Part shown: positions 39,144 to 47,193 of the stretch, piece after piece
Numbering within the stretch: the first letter of the stretch is position 1
Layout of the letters: each line of letters opens with the position of its first letter
Assembly: GCA_965602045.1 (NCBI GenBank)
Contig: CBFCXR010000001.1
Location: 1 to 50,316 of the forward strand
Reading direction: 5' to 3'
Origin: an uncultured Bacteroidales bacterium
GTDB lineage: Bacteria > Bacteroidota > Bacteroidia > Bacteroidales > UBA10428
DNA: 50,316 nt
Program-made: the position numbers and the translations under genes
Notes under the pieces: generated by a model
Told to the model about the DNA's origin: nothing
What the model saw: the letters and a program-made list of their open reading frames with translations, nothing else
Database searches by the model: none

Positions 39144-39893
39144 ATGAAGGCAATGATATTAGCTGCAGGGGAGGGTACACGTTTAAAACCACTAACTAAT
39201 AAAATACCCAAAGCATTAATTGAGGTAAATGGTAAACCATTGTTGGAGCATACGATTCGTTATTTGTTATATTATGGTGTGGATGAGATTATTATTAATG
39301 TCCATCACCTGGCTGATCAAATCATAGATTATATTAAACTTAAAAACTATTTTAACATAAGAATAGAATTCTCAGTTGAAAAGGATAAATTATTGGGAAC
39401 GGGCGGGGGATTAAAAAAAGCATCATGGTTTTTCAATGACAGTAAATCATTTTTCCTTGCAACTGCAGACATAATTACTAATCATGATCTTAACAAGTTG
39501 TATAGTATGCATGTACAATCTGATGCCCTGGTTACATTAGCTTTAAAATCCAGACAGTCAACACGGGAACTATTATTAAATGACGATTATCATTTATGCG
39601 GGTGGAAGAGTAACGTCACAGGAGAAAGGAAATTGGTTAACGATGATGCAGATATAAAATATTCTATTGCATTTAGCGGGTATCATGTTATTAATCCTTC
39701 TATTTTCAATAAAATCTCAGAAGAAGGCTCATTTTCGATAATTGATTTATATTTAAAGCTGGCAAATGAAAATGTAATTAATGGATTTATTCAAAATGAT
39801 TCATTCTGGATAGAGTTTGGAAGAATAGGAAACTTTAAAGCAGCCGGGCGATCAAAGAAACTGAAAAAAATAATATCCAAATACAATGATTAA
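39144..39893 (+). CDS. Sugar-1-phosphate nucleotidyltransferase, MurU-like (N-acetylmuramate alpha-1-phosphate uridylyltransferase candidate)
   Basis: 249 aa; MKAMILAAGEGTRLKPLT...PKALIEVNGKPLLEH...GTGGGLKKA, close to my recollection of Pseudomonas MurU. Confidence 0.75.
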   Translation: MKAMILAAGEGTRLKPLTNKIPKALIEVNGKPLLEHTIRYLLYYGVDEIIINVHHLADQIIDYIKLKNYFNIRIEFSVEKDKLLGTGGGLKKASWFFNDSKSFFLATADIITNHDLNKLYSMHVQSDALVTLALKSRQSTRELLLNDDYHLCGWKSNVTGERKLVNDDADIKYSIAFSGYHVINPSIFNKISEEGSFSIIDLYLKLANENVINGFIQNDSFWIEFGRIGNFKAAGRSKKLKKIISKYND

Positions 39894-40021
39894 TTAACTT
39901 CTGACAGCATTTTGCTTATAAATATGCATTTATTTTCCCAACTTCTGACTTCAAAATTATATACTGTTTAGTTTTTTTTGTTTATTTGCGATCTTATTGC
40001 ATCACCTTATTTCAGTAATCA

Positions 40022-41347
40022 ATGAATAAAAAGGACAAAAATTTAATAGACACATTAGTTGATCCTTTTCAGAGATTTTTTCAAATTGAAGCTTCAGGTA
40101 GTATTCTTTTGTTTATTGCTACACTGGTAGCTCTGTTATGGGCAAATTCGAGGTGGGATATTTTTTATACCGAACTGTGGGAGAATAACTTATCAATAAA
40201 ATTAAATGGTTTTGTATTATCCAGATCTTTACTGCATTGGATAAATGAAGGCTTAATGGCTGTTTTCTTTTTTGTTATAGGACTTGAAATTAAGCGTGAG
40301 ATTCTTGTGGGTGAACTTTCATCTTTAAAACAAGGGACTTTACCCGTTATTGCTGCTATTGGAGGCATGATATTTCCCGCATTTATTTATTATGCATTGA
40401 GTAAGAATACTGTTACCGAAGCAGGTTGGGGTATACCAATGGCTACAGATATTGCATTTTCATTGGGTGTGCTGAACCTGTTAGGCAAACGTGTACCTGT
40501 TAACCTGAAAGTATTTCTTGTTGCTTTTGCTATTATTGGCGACCTTGGTTCAGTATTGATTATTACATTATTTTACAGCGCTGGCATTAACTTTAGTTTT
40601 CTGATAATTGGACTTGGATTATTTTTCGTCCTTGTTCTTTTTCATCAGTTGAGGATAAGGAATTATCACATTTACATGGTCATAGGATTTGTTATATGGT
40701 ATATGTTTTTAAGATCCGGTATACATCCAACCTTCGCAGGTATCTTAATCGCATTTACAATACCAATGCGGCGCAAAATAAGAGTTCCCGTTTTTAAAAA
40801 GAGAATGATTGAAAATTTAAATGTTTTTAGCAGTAAGTCAGGAAGTTATAAAAAGCTTTTAAACAAAAGGCAGTTGGCAGGGATTGATAATATGGAGGAT
40901 GAAATTGAAAAAGTACAAAGCCCCTTACAATTTCTTGAGCACAAATTACATGGATTTGTAACATTTATTGTTATCCCTCTCTTTGCTCTGGCTAATGCAG
41001 GCATTGTTTTTAAAGCCTTTAGTGCTGAGGAATTTTTTAATTCAACTAGCCTTAATGTTGAACTTAGTCTGATTATAGGAAAACTGTCAGGCCTGGTAAT
41101 TTTTTCATGGATCAGTATTAAAATCGGAATCGCCTCCCTGCCGGAAAAGACAAGGTGGATTCACCTAATAGGTTTAGGACTGCTTGGGGGTATGGGATTT
41201 ACAATGTCTTTATTCATTTCTAACCTGGCATTTACTGATCCCGGATTAATAAATTATGCTAAAATAGGAATCTTAACTGGCTCTTTAGTTTCAGGATTAT
41301 TGGGATTTCTTGTATTGAGATTTAGTCTGACTAAACAAAAAGCCTGA
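40022..41347 (+). CDS. nhaA: Na+/H+ antiporter NhaA (with Gly-Asp in place of the canonical Asp-Asp in TM V)
   Basis: 441 aa; WGIPMATDIAFSLGVL (the Thr-Asp of TM IV), AIIGDLGSVLII (TM V), IIGKLSGL (the Lys of TM X). Confidence 0.9.
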   Translation: MNKKDKNLIDTLVDPFQRFFQIEASGSILLFIATLVALLWANSRWDIFYTELWENNLSIKLNGFVLSRSLLHWINEGLMAVFFFVIGLEIKREILVGELSSLKQGTLPVIAAIGGMIFPAFIYYALSKNTVTEAGWGIPMATDIAFSLGVLNLLGKRVPVNLKVFLVAFAIIGDLGSVLIITLFYSAGINFSFLIIGLGLFFVLVLFHQLRIRNYHIYMVIGFVIWYMFLRSGIHPTFAGILIAFTIPMRRKIRVPVFKKRMIENLNVFSSKSGSYKKLLNKRQLAGIDNMEDEIEKVQSPLQFLEHKLHGFVTFIVIPLFALANAGIVFKAFSAEEFFNSTSLNVELSLIIGKLSGLVIFSWISIKIGIASLPEKTRWIHLIGLGLLGGMGFTMSLFISNLAFTDPGLINYAKIGILTGSLVSGLLGFLVLRFSLTKQKA

Positions 41348-41385
41348 AATTTAGTTTATTATATACAGTTGTAAGAAAAATTGAA

Positions 41386-42105
41386 ATGATAAAAACCGCA
41401 GAAGAATTAAATATAAGATTTGAAAACAGCTCTCCCCGTCAATTACTTCAGTATTTTCTGAATGAATTTAAAGGAAAGGTAATTCAGAGTTCGAGCCTGG
41501 GTGCTGAAGACCAGGTATTAACCGATATGATTACAAAGATTGATAAAAAGATTAAAATATTTACACTTGATACAGGCAGGTTATTCCCCGAGACATACGA
41601 ACTAATTGAAAGAACCAATAAACAATATGATATAAATATTAATATTTATTTTCCTGATTGGCAAAAGGTAGAGAAAATGGTTAGAGACAAAGGTATTAAC
41701 TTGTTTTACAGGAGTATCGAAAACAGGAAACTTTGCTGCCATTTGCGAAAAATAGAACCCTCAAAGAGAGCATTAGAGGGATTTGATATATGGGTGTCGG
41801 GCATACGGAAAGATCAGACAGTATCAAGGTTTTATAACAAAATAATTGAATGGGATGATACTAACCGGTTAATTAAAGTTAATCCGTTGTTGAACTGGAC
41901 TGAAAAGCATGTATGGGATTATATTAAGAAAAATAATGTTCCTTATAATGAACTTCACGATAGAGGATTTTCCAGTATCGGCTGTCAGCCCTGTACACGT
42001 GCCATTAAATCCGGAGACGATTTCAGAGCCGGACGGTGGTGGTGGGAGGAGCCGGACAATAAAGAGTGCGGCCTTCATAATGGTAAAAATCCAGGCAAGT
42101 CATGA
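41386..42105 (+). CDS. cysH: Adenylyl-/phosphoadenylyl-sulfate reductase (thioredoxin-dependent), Fe-S-type cysteine pattern
   Basis: 239 aa; PP-loop-like SSSLGAEDQV, Cys-Cys (C117/C118) plus GCQPCT, C-terminal KECGLH. Confidence 0.88.
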   Translation: MIKTAEELNIRFENSSPRQLLQYFLNEFKGKVIQSSSLGAEDQVLTDMITKIDKKIKIFTLDTGRLFPETYELIERTNKQYDININIYFPDWQKVEKMVRDKGINLFYRSIENRKLCCHLRKIEPSKRALEGFDIWVSGIRKDQTVSRFYNKIIEWDDTNRLIKVNPLLNWTEKHVWDYIKKNNVPYNELHDRGFSSIGCQPCTRAIKSGDDFRAGRWWWEEPDNKECGLHNGKNPGKS

Positions 42106-43299
42106 TATAATACCTGATCCCAGTAACTCATTATCGACATACCATGCAGCAAATTGTCCCGGCGTGATACCGCGTTGGGATTTTTTAAAGACAATAAAAA
42201 GGCCTTCTTCTTTCATATGCAGGACAGCTTGCTGTAATGGCTGCCTGTAACGTATCCTTACAAGATAATCATTTGATTTGCCGGGGAAAAGTTTTAAATC
42301 TTCCCGTAGCCAATGTATATCATTTAGCGGGATAAATAACCCTTTCCGGTATAAACCAGGGTGATCTTTTCCCTGCCCGGTATATACAATGTTTTTTTGT
42401 ACATCAATATCAATAACAAAAGATTGTTCGGGCCTGCCGCCAATATTCAATCCCTTGTTCTGGCCAATTGTAAAAAAATGAGCTCCATTATGTTTCCCTG
42501 CCGGAACACCATCTGATATTGAATAACTGTGCTTACCGGTAATTCTTTTCAACCGGACTGCAGAATGGTTTTTATCTTTGATAATTTCCTTATAGTACTG
42601 GTATACAGCCAGGTCACGAGGTATTTCAATAATCGACCCTTTTTTCAGGATTAATTTCTGCTGTAAAAACGTGGGTAAATCTACTTTTCCAACAAAGCAT
42701 ATCCCCTGGGAATCTTTTTTTTCAGCTGTGGAGAGCTTTTGTTCCCGGGCAATTTCCCTTACTTCTGACTTATTTAAATGCCCCACAGGAAATAATACCG
42801 TTTTTAGCTGTTCCTGTGAGAGCTGGCACAGGAAATAACTTTGTTCTTTGTTTTTGTCATCGCCGGCCAGAAGCCTGTATATTATTTTATTTTCTTTATG
42901 TGCTATCTCCTTTTTGCAGTAATGTCCTGTTGCTATATAATCAGCTTTGAATTCCAGGGCAGCTTTTGCAAACAGATCAAATTTTATTTCACGATTGCAT
43001 AATACATCGGGATTGGGCGTACGGCCTTTTTCATACTCCGAGAACATATAATCAACAATACGTTTTCTGTATTGCTCACTAAAATCAACCGTATGAAAGG
43101 GCACCCCGATTTTTTTTGCTACAAGTTCAGCAAATAATAGATCATCTTTCCACGGGCAATCGCCTGATAATGTTCCTGTAGTGTCGTGCCAGTTAATCAT
43201 AAACAGGGCAATAACATCATATCCCTGCTTTTTAAGAAGATATGCTGCTACACTGGAATCCACTCCACCTGAAAGTCCGATTACAACCTTATTTTTCAT
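42100..43299 (-). CDS. mnmA: tRNA 2-thiouridine(34) synthase
   Basis: 399 aa; PP-loop GLSGGVDSS, TPNPDVLCN, catalytic Cys context GICFVG. Confidence 0.94.
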   Translation of the reverse strand: MKNKVVIGLSGGVDSSVAAYLLKKQGYDVIALFMINWHDTTGTLSGDCPWKDDLLFAELVAKKIGVPFHTVDFSEQYRKRIVDYMFSEYEKGRTPNPDVLCNREIKFDLFAKAALEFKADYIATGHYCKKEIAHKENKIIYRLLAGDDKNKEQSYFLCQLSQEQLKTVLFPVGHLNKSEVREIAREQKLSTAEKKDSQGICFVGKVDLPTFLQQKLILKKGSIIEIPRDLAVYQYYKEIIKDKNHSAVRLKRITGKHSYSISDGVPAGKHNGAHFFTIGQNKGLNIGGRPEQSFVIDIDVQKNIVYTGQGKDHPGLYRKGLFIPLNDIHWLREDLKLFPGKSNDYLVRIRYRQPLQQAVLHMKEEGLFIVFKKSQRGITPGQFAAWYVDNELLGSGIIS

Positions 43300-43642
43300 T
43301 TTGTAAAACTGCCTGAAAAGCCTTTCATCTTAGTCATTCTGAATAAAGTGAAGAATCTAAATCTCAGATTACGGATTTTTCACATCCGTCCTACATGACA
43401 ATAAGGGTGAATAACATGACCTGACAAACGACCCCTTTTGATTTTGGCTTTTTTGATCGCCCCAAAATTATAAAAATAGTAATTTATATACTACATCTTT
43501 GGAAAAGTAATGGATGAGAAACTATACTTTATTTAATAAAGGGTTGGTAAAATTAGCTGGTATTTATCAAATAATATTGTTTTAATGCATATTGAGAAGT
43601 AATTAATACCTTTAACAATGAATTAGAATTAAACAGATAATT

Positions 43643-44194
43643 ATGAAGAAAATACTTGGAGTAGCAGGAAGTCCCCGTAAAAATGGAAATACTCATATTC
43701 TTGTTAAAAATATACTTAAAGGAGCAAAAGATAATGGTGCCATTACAGAAATATTATTTCTGAAGGATATGGATATTAAGGAATGTGACGGCTGTCATAC
43801 ATGCTGGAAAGGTAACGGGTGTTCTAAAAAAGATGATATGAATAATATATATCCGAAAATTATTGAAAGCGATATAATTATTTTTGGTACACCGGTTTAC
43901 TGGTATGGTCCAACTGCATTGATGAAAGCCTTTATTGACCGGTTTGTTTATTTTAATTGTCCGGAAAATCGTAAAAAAATTAAAAATAAGTCAGCTGTAA
44001 TTGCAGTTCCTTTTGAAGATAAGAGCATGGAGACTGTCGCACCACTAATAGAATTTTTTACTAAATGCTTTGAATACCTGCAATTGAGATTTATTAATAA
44101 GATTATTGTTCCCGGAGTAACAGCCAGGGGTGAAATTTCAAATAATAAAGAATATATGGAGGAAGCTTACAGTTTGGGAAAGGGATTATTATGA
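43643..44194 (+). CDS. Iron-sulfur flavoprotein-like NADPH-dependent FMN reductase family protein
   Basis: 183 aa; flavodoxin-like GSPRKNGNT and a compact C48-x2-C51-x2-C54-x5-C60 motif like archaeal Isf. Confidence 0.75.
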   Translation: MKKILGVAGSPRKNGNTHILVKNILKGAKDNGAITEILFLKDMDIKECDGCHTCWKGNGCSKKDDMNNIYPKIIESDIIIFGTPVYWYGPTALMKAFIDRFVYFNCPENRKKIKNKSAVIAVPFEDKSMETVAPLIEFFTKCFEYLQLRFINKIIVPGVTARGEISNNKEYMEEAYSLGKGLL

Positions 44195-45301
44195 GATGAT
44201 ATTTGTATTTCTGCCTCTTGATTTCGCATAGACCAGTGCTACGGTTCTGTATAAGAAATGTCCAAATTTCATATAAGGCGCGTAGATGATAATAAACCAT
44301 ACACTAACCAGGTGGAATATATATATATGATATGAAATATTCCAGTTTTGAAAGCGACCGATTTCAAGAAACACGCCTGATAATGTCAATAGGAAAAAAG
44401 AAATCAATAAAAGCCAGTCAGAATAATTGCTATTGCCTGATATTTCTTTATTAAAAAGTCTCTGATATATCATAATACCCAGACCAGTAAGCAGGAGTAG
44501 AGCCGCAAAATTCCCTGCTATTTTTACGGGGCTGAAAAACGGAAGAGGATAGTTATCTGTTATAACAGCTATTATTGCCATAACTGTTACTAATAAAAGC
44601 AGTATAAAGCCATAAAATACCATCAAATGGGAAGTTCTTCTGTGTTTTTGTGAATTACACTTGCTAAAATTTGAATGCGTCATTATTTCATTAATAACAC
44701 TTTTAACACTTCTAAATTTACTAAGTTGTTTTTTCCCCGGGTAATTGTTTTTCAAATCACTCCAGAATTTTCTAATACTGAATAAAGTAGTACTTATAAC
44801 CAATAATGTAAGCGTAAGAAATGAGCTATTTAACCATGCATGTGGAAAGAACTTTGAAAAATTTACAGGTCCCGGAGGAATTTTTAATGTACCGGCAGCA
44901 TATATTATGGCAAGTATTACAACCAGGGGAATGGCCAGCGATATTGGAAAGAAAACAGGATTATTTAATATTTTTGCAATAAATTTTGGTTTTGCATAAT
45001 GTAAATAATTTATTTGCCTTAATGCTGCCAGAATATCTGCAGGTTTTATACCCCGCGGGCAATATGTTGAGCAGTCTCCGCATTGATGACACAACCAGAT
45101 ATCAGGATTACCGATTAGCTTGTCTTTCAATCCCCAGCCCGCCCAAAATACCTCTTTTCTGGGAAAAGGTTTACTCTCGGGAGTAATAGCACAAACTATA
45201 GTACATTCTCCACATTGCATGCATTCTTTTAAGGATGAACCACTGATCTTTTTTGTTTGCTGTATAAAATCAATATCTGGCTGAATAATATTCATATTCA
45301 T
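44189..45301 (-). CDS. QmoC-like membrane redox protein: 2x[4Fe-4S] ferredoxin domain fused to a NarI/HdrE-like cytochrome-b membrane domain
   Basis: CMQCGECTIVC and CHQCGDCSTYCP, followed by 5-6 TM helices with conserved His (HLMVFYG, HLVSVW) and a C-terminal YMKFGHFLYR. The ORF track begins at a TTG (45331); the ATGs at 45301 and 45295 are more plausible starts. Confidence 0.65.
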   Translation of the reverse strand: MNMNIIQPDIDFIQQTKKISGSSLKECMQCGECTIVCAITPESKPFPRKEVFWAGWGLKDKLIGNPDIWLCHQCGDCSTYCPRGIKPADILAALRQINYLHYAKPKFIAKILNNPVFFPISLAIPLVVILAIIYAAGTLKIPPGPVNFSKFFPHAWLNSSFLTLTLLVISTTLFSIRKFWSDLKNNYPGKKQLSKFRSVKSVINEIMTHSNFSKCNSQKHRRTSHLMVFYGFILLLLVTVMAIIAVITDNYPLPFFSPVKIAGNFAALLLLTGLGIMIYQRLFNKEISGNSNYSDWLLLISFFLLTLSGVFLEIGRFQNWNISYHIYIFHLVSVWFIIIYAPYMKFGHFLYRTVALVYAKSRGRNTNIIS

Positions 45302-45732
45302 CAAAAGTAATATGTTATCAATAATATGCAAAATGAGTATTAAATCTGTAATAGCATGCTTTATATATAATAAGAATAAATTATCAGCACACTGCCGCCT
45401 AAGCTTCGTTTGATGCCGGATGCTTCAGGCGACAATGTTAGCTAAGGCTCCTTCAGGTTCCGTTTCAGGCTCAACCTTAGTCTTAATCCCGGGATTTTTA
45501 AATATTGGACTGAAAAGGATAACTCCATTAAAAAAGAATCAAAAAAACGCAACAAAATCTGTTAATAACAGTAATATAAATTAAAAAATTGTATTTATTA
45601 AATATTTGTATACTACTGAACTACACTGCAGGCATAAAATATTTGAAAGTAATATCAAGCATTTTTAAAAAAAGAAATATATTTACCGATTCAAAAGTGA
45701 CCTCTGTCATAACAAATATTATAATTTAAAGT

Positions 45733-46512
45733 ATGGAATTTCCGGATAATGTAAAGACGATTATAAGTAAGTTTGAGCCTATTACTCTCAGTGAAATGAA
45801 AGATGTTGAGCTGATGAACAGGACTGATATAAAATATGTTTTTAGTATTGATAAATTTCCTTATATACTTGAAAAAGCTGAAAGACTTTATAGAATTCTT
45901 GAAGTAAAAAACAGGCGTATCCACACTTATAACAATCAATATTTTGATACGGATGATTATCAGATGTATTCTAAACATCATAGCGGGCATCTTAACAGAT
46001 ATAAAATCAGGTACAGAAATTATGAGTTATCGAATATGGCATATCTGGAAATAAAATTCAAATCTAATAAGAGAAGAACGATAAAAAAGCGTATAAAAAA
46101 TAATTTTAGTACAAACATAAACAGAGTCTCCGGTAATTTTATTGAAAAAAACTCCCCTTATAAACCTGGTGATCTGACACCTATATTAACTAATGATTTT
46201 CAAAGGATAACATTGGTACACAAAACTGAAAGAGAAAGGATAACCCTTGATTTTAATATGTCTTATGCCTGTAATTGTTCAGGACCAAAAAAAACACAGG
46301 CTTTACCCAAGCTTGCCATTTGTGAAGTCAAGCGAAAAGGATATTCCAATAGTTCAGATTTTATATCAATATTAAAATCAAATGGCATACGGCAGACAAG
46401 TATGAGTAAATACTGTATTGGTGCTGCACTTTTATATGATGACTTAAAACAAAATAGATTTAAGACCAAGCTTACATTTATTGAAAATATTCATAATTCT
46501 AATAACAAATAG
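45733..46512 (+). CDS. VTC-domain (triphosphate-tunnel, polyphosphate-polymerase-like) protein
   Basis: 259 aa, soluble. Basic residues alternate on predicted beta strands (TDIKYVF, YKIRYRNYE, AYLEIKFKS, ICEVKRKG) plus YFDTDDYQMY, as in bacterial VTC-domain proteins. Confidence 0.7.
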   Translation: MEFPDNVKTIISKFEPITLSEMKDVELMNRTDIKYVFSIDKFPYILEKAERLYRILEVKNRRIHTYNNQYFDTDDYQMYSKHHSGHLNRYKIRYRNYELSNMAYLEIKFKSNKRRTIKKRIKNNFSTNINRVSGNFIEKNSPYKPGDLTPILTNDFQRITLVHKTERERITLDFNMSYACNCSGPKKTQALPKLAICEVKRKGYSNSSDFISILKSNGIRQTSMSKYCIGAALLYDDLKQNRFKTKLTFIENIHNSNNK

Positions 46513-46527
46513 TAAAATATATTTATT

Positions 46528-47193
46528 ATGCAGTTGTATGGTATAGACCTAATAGACATTCCGGACTTTTCAGAATTAATTCTGCGATTTTTATTTAACC
46601 TTTTAGTTGTACTTGTTTTGATAAGAATAATTTATTATTCTGTAGCAAGAAGGAAAGATTACCTTTTTACATATATTCTGATAGGAACAGTTGTGTTTCT
46701 GTTATGTTACCTTCTTGAAAATGTAAAGTTGCAGTTAGGCTTAGCTCTTGGGCTTTTCGCAATATTCGGCATTATAAGATATCGTACCAATCCAATTGCA
46801 ATAAAAGAGATGACTTATCTTTTCATTGTAATTGGAATATCAGTTATGAATGCTTTAGCCAATAAAAAGATAAGTTATTCTGAATTAATATTTACAAATT
46901 TTGCAGTTATTGCAGTAACCTATGGTCTTGAAAAAATATGGCTGTTAAGGCATGAATCAAGGAAAACTGTAATATATGAAAAGATTGATTTGATTAAATC
47001 GAAAAATTACAATCTTTTAATTAAAGATCTGGAAGAAAGAACCGGGTTAAAGATTAACAGGATAGAAATAGGAAGAATTGACTTTCTGCGTGATTCTGCA
47101 AGAATTAGAATCTATTATTTCGAACCAAGTAACCTGGTGAATATTTCTGATGAGGAAGACAGTTATATGGATAATAATGACGATGGGGATTAA
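46528..47193 (+). CDS. DUF4956-family integral membrane protein
   Basis: 221 aa, about 4 TM helices, FGIIRYRT motif, acidic tail (DEEDSYMDNNDDGD). Starts 15 nt after the VTC gene. Confidence 0.65.
   Translation: MQLYGIDLIDIPDFSELILRFLFNLLVVLVLIRIIYYSVARRKDYLFTYILIGTVVFLLCYLLENVKLQLGLALGLFAIFGIIRYRTNPIAIKEMTYLFIVIGISVMNALANKKISYSELIFTNFAVIAVTYGLEKIWLLRHESRKTVIYEKIDLIKSKNYNLLIKDLEERTGLKINRIEIGRIDFLRDSARIRIYYFEPSNLVNISDEEDSYMDNNDDGD

Noticed and set aside
45395-45495. G+C-richer 100-bp island upstream of the QmoC-like gene (cttcagg x2 spaced 28 nt, ctaagg/ccttag complementarity) as a small RNA or another heptad array
   Set aside because: The 7-nt phasing is only partial (the third tttcagg is out of register), the potential stem is short, and there is no promoter or terminator signature. 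Evidence is insufficient to annotate.
45691-45990. 99-aa minus-strand ORF overlapping the start of the VTC-domain gene
   Set aside because: Ile/Phe/Lys-rich low-complexity translation of A/T-rich DNA, antisense to a much better-supported gene, with no recognisable motif.
47150-47182. Upstream ATG (47150) for the DUF2490-like gene
   Set aside because: It adds 11 residues (MRKTVIWIIMT) ahead of the signal peptide and lengthens the overlap with the DUF4956 gene to 44 nt. ATG 47183 gives a conventional signal peptide. Uncertain, but 47183 is preferred.
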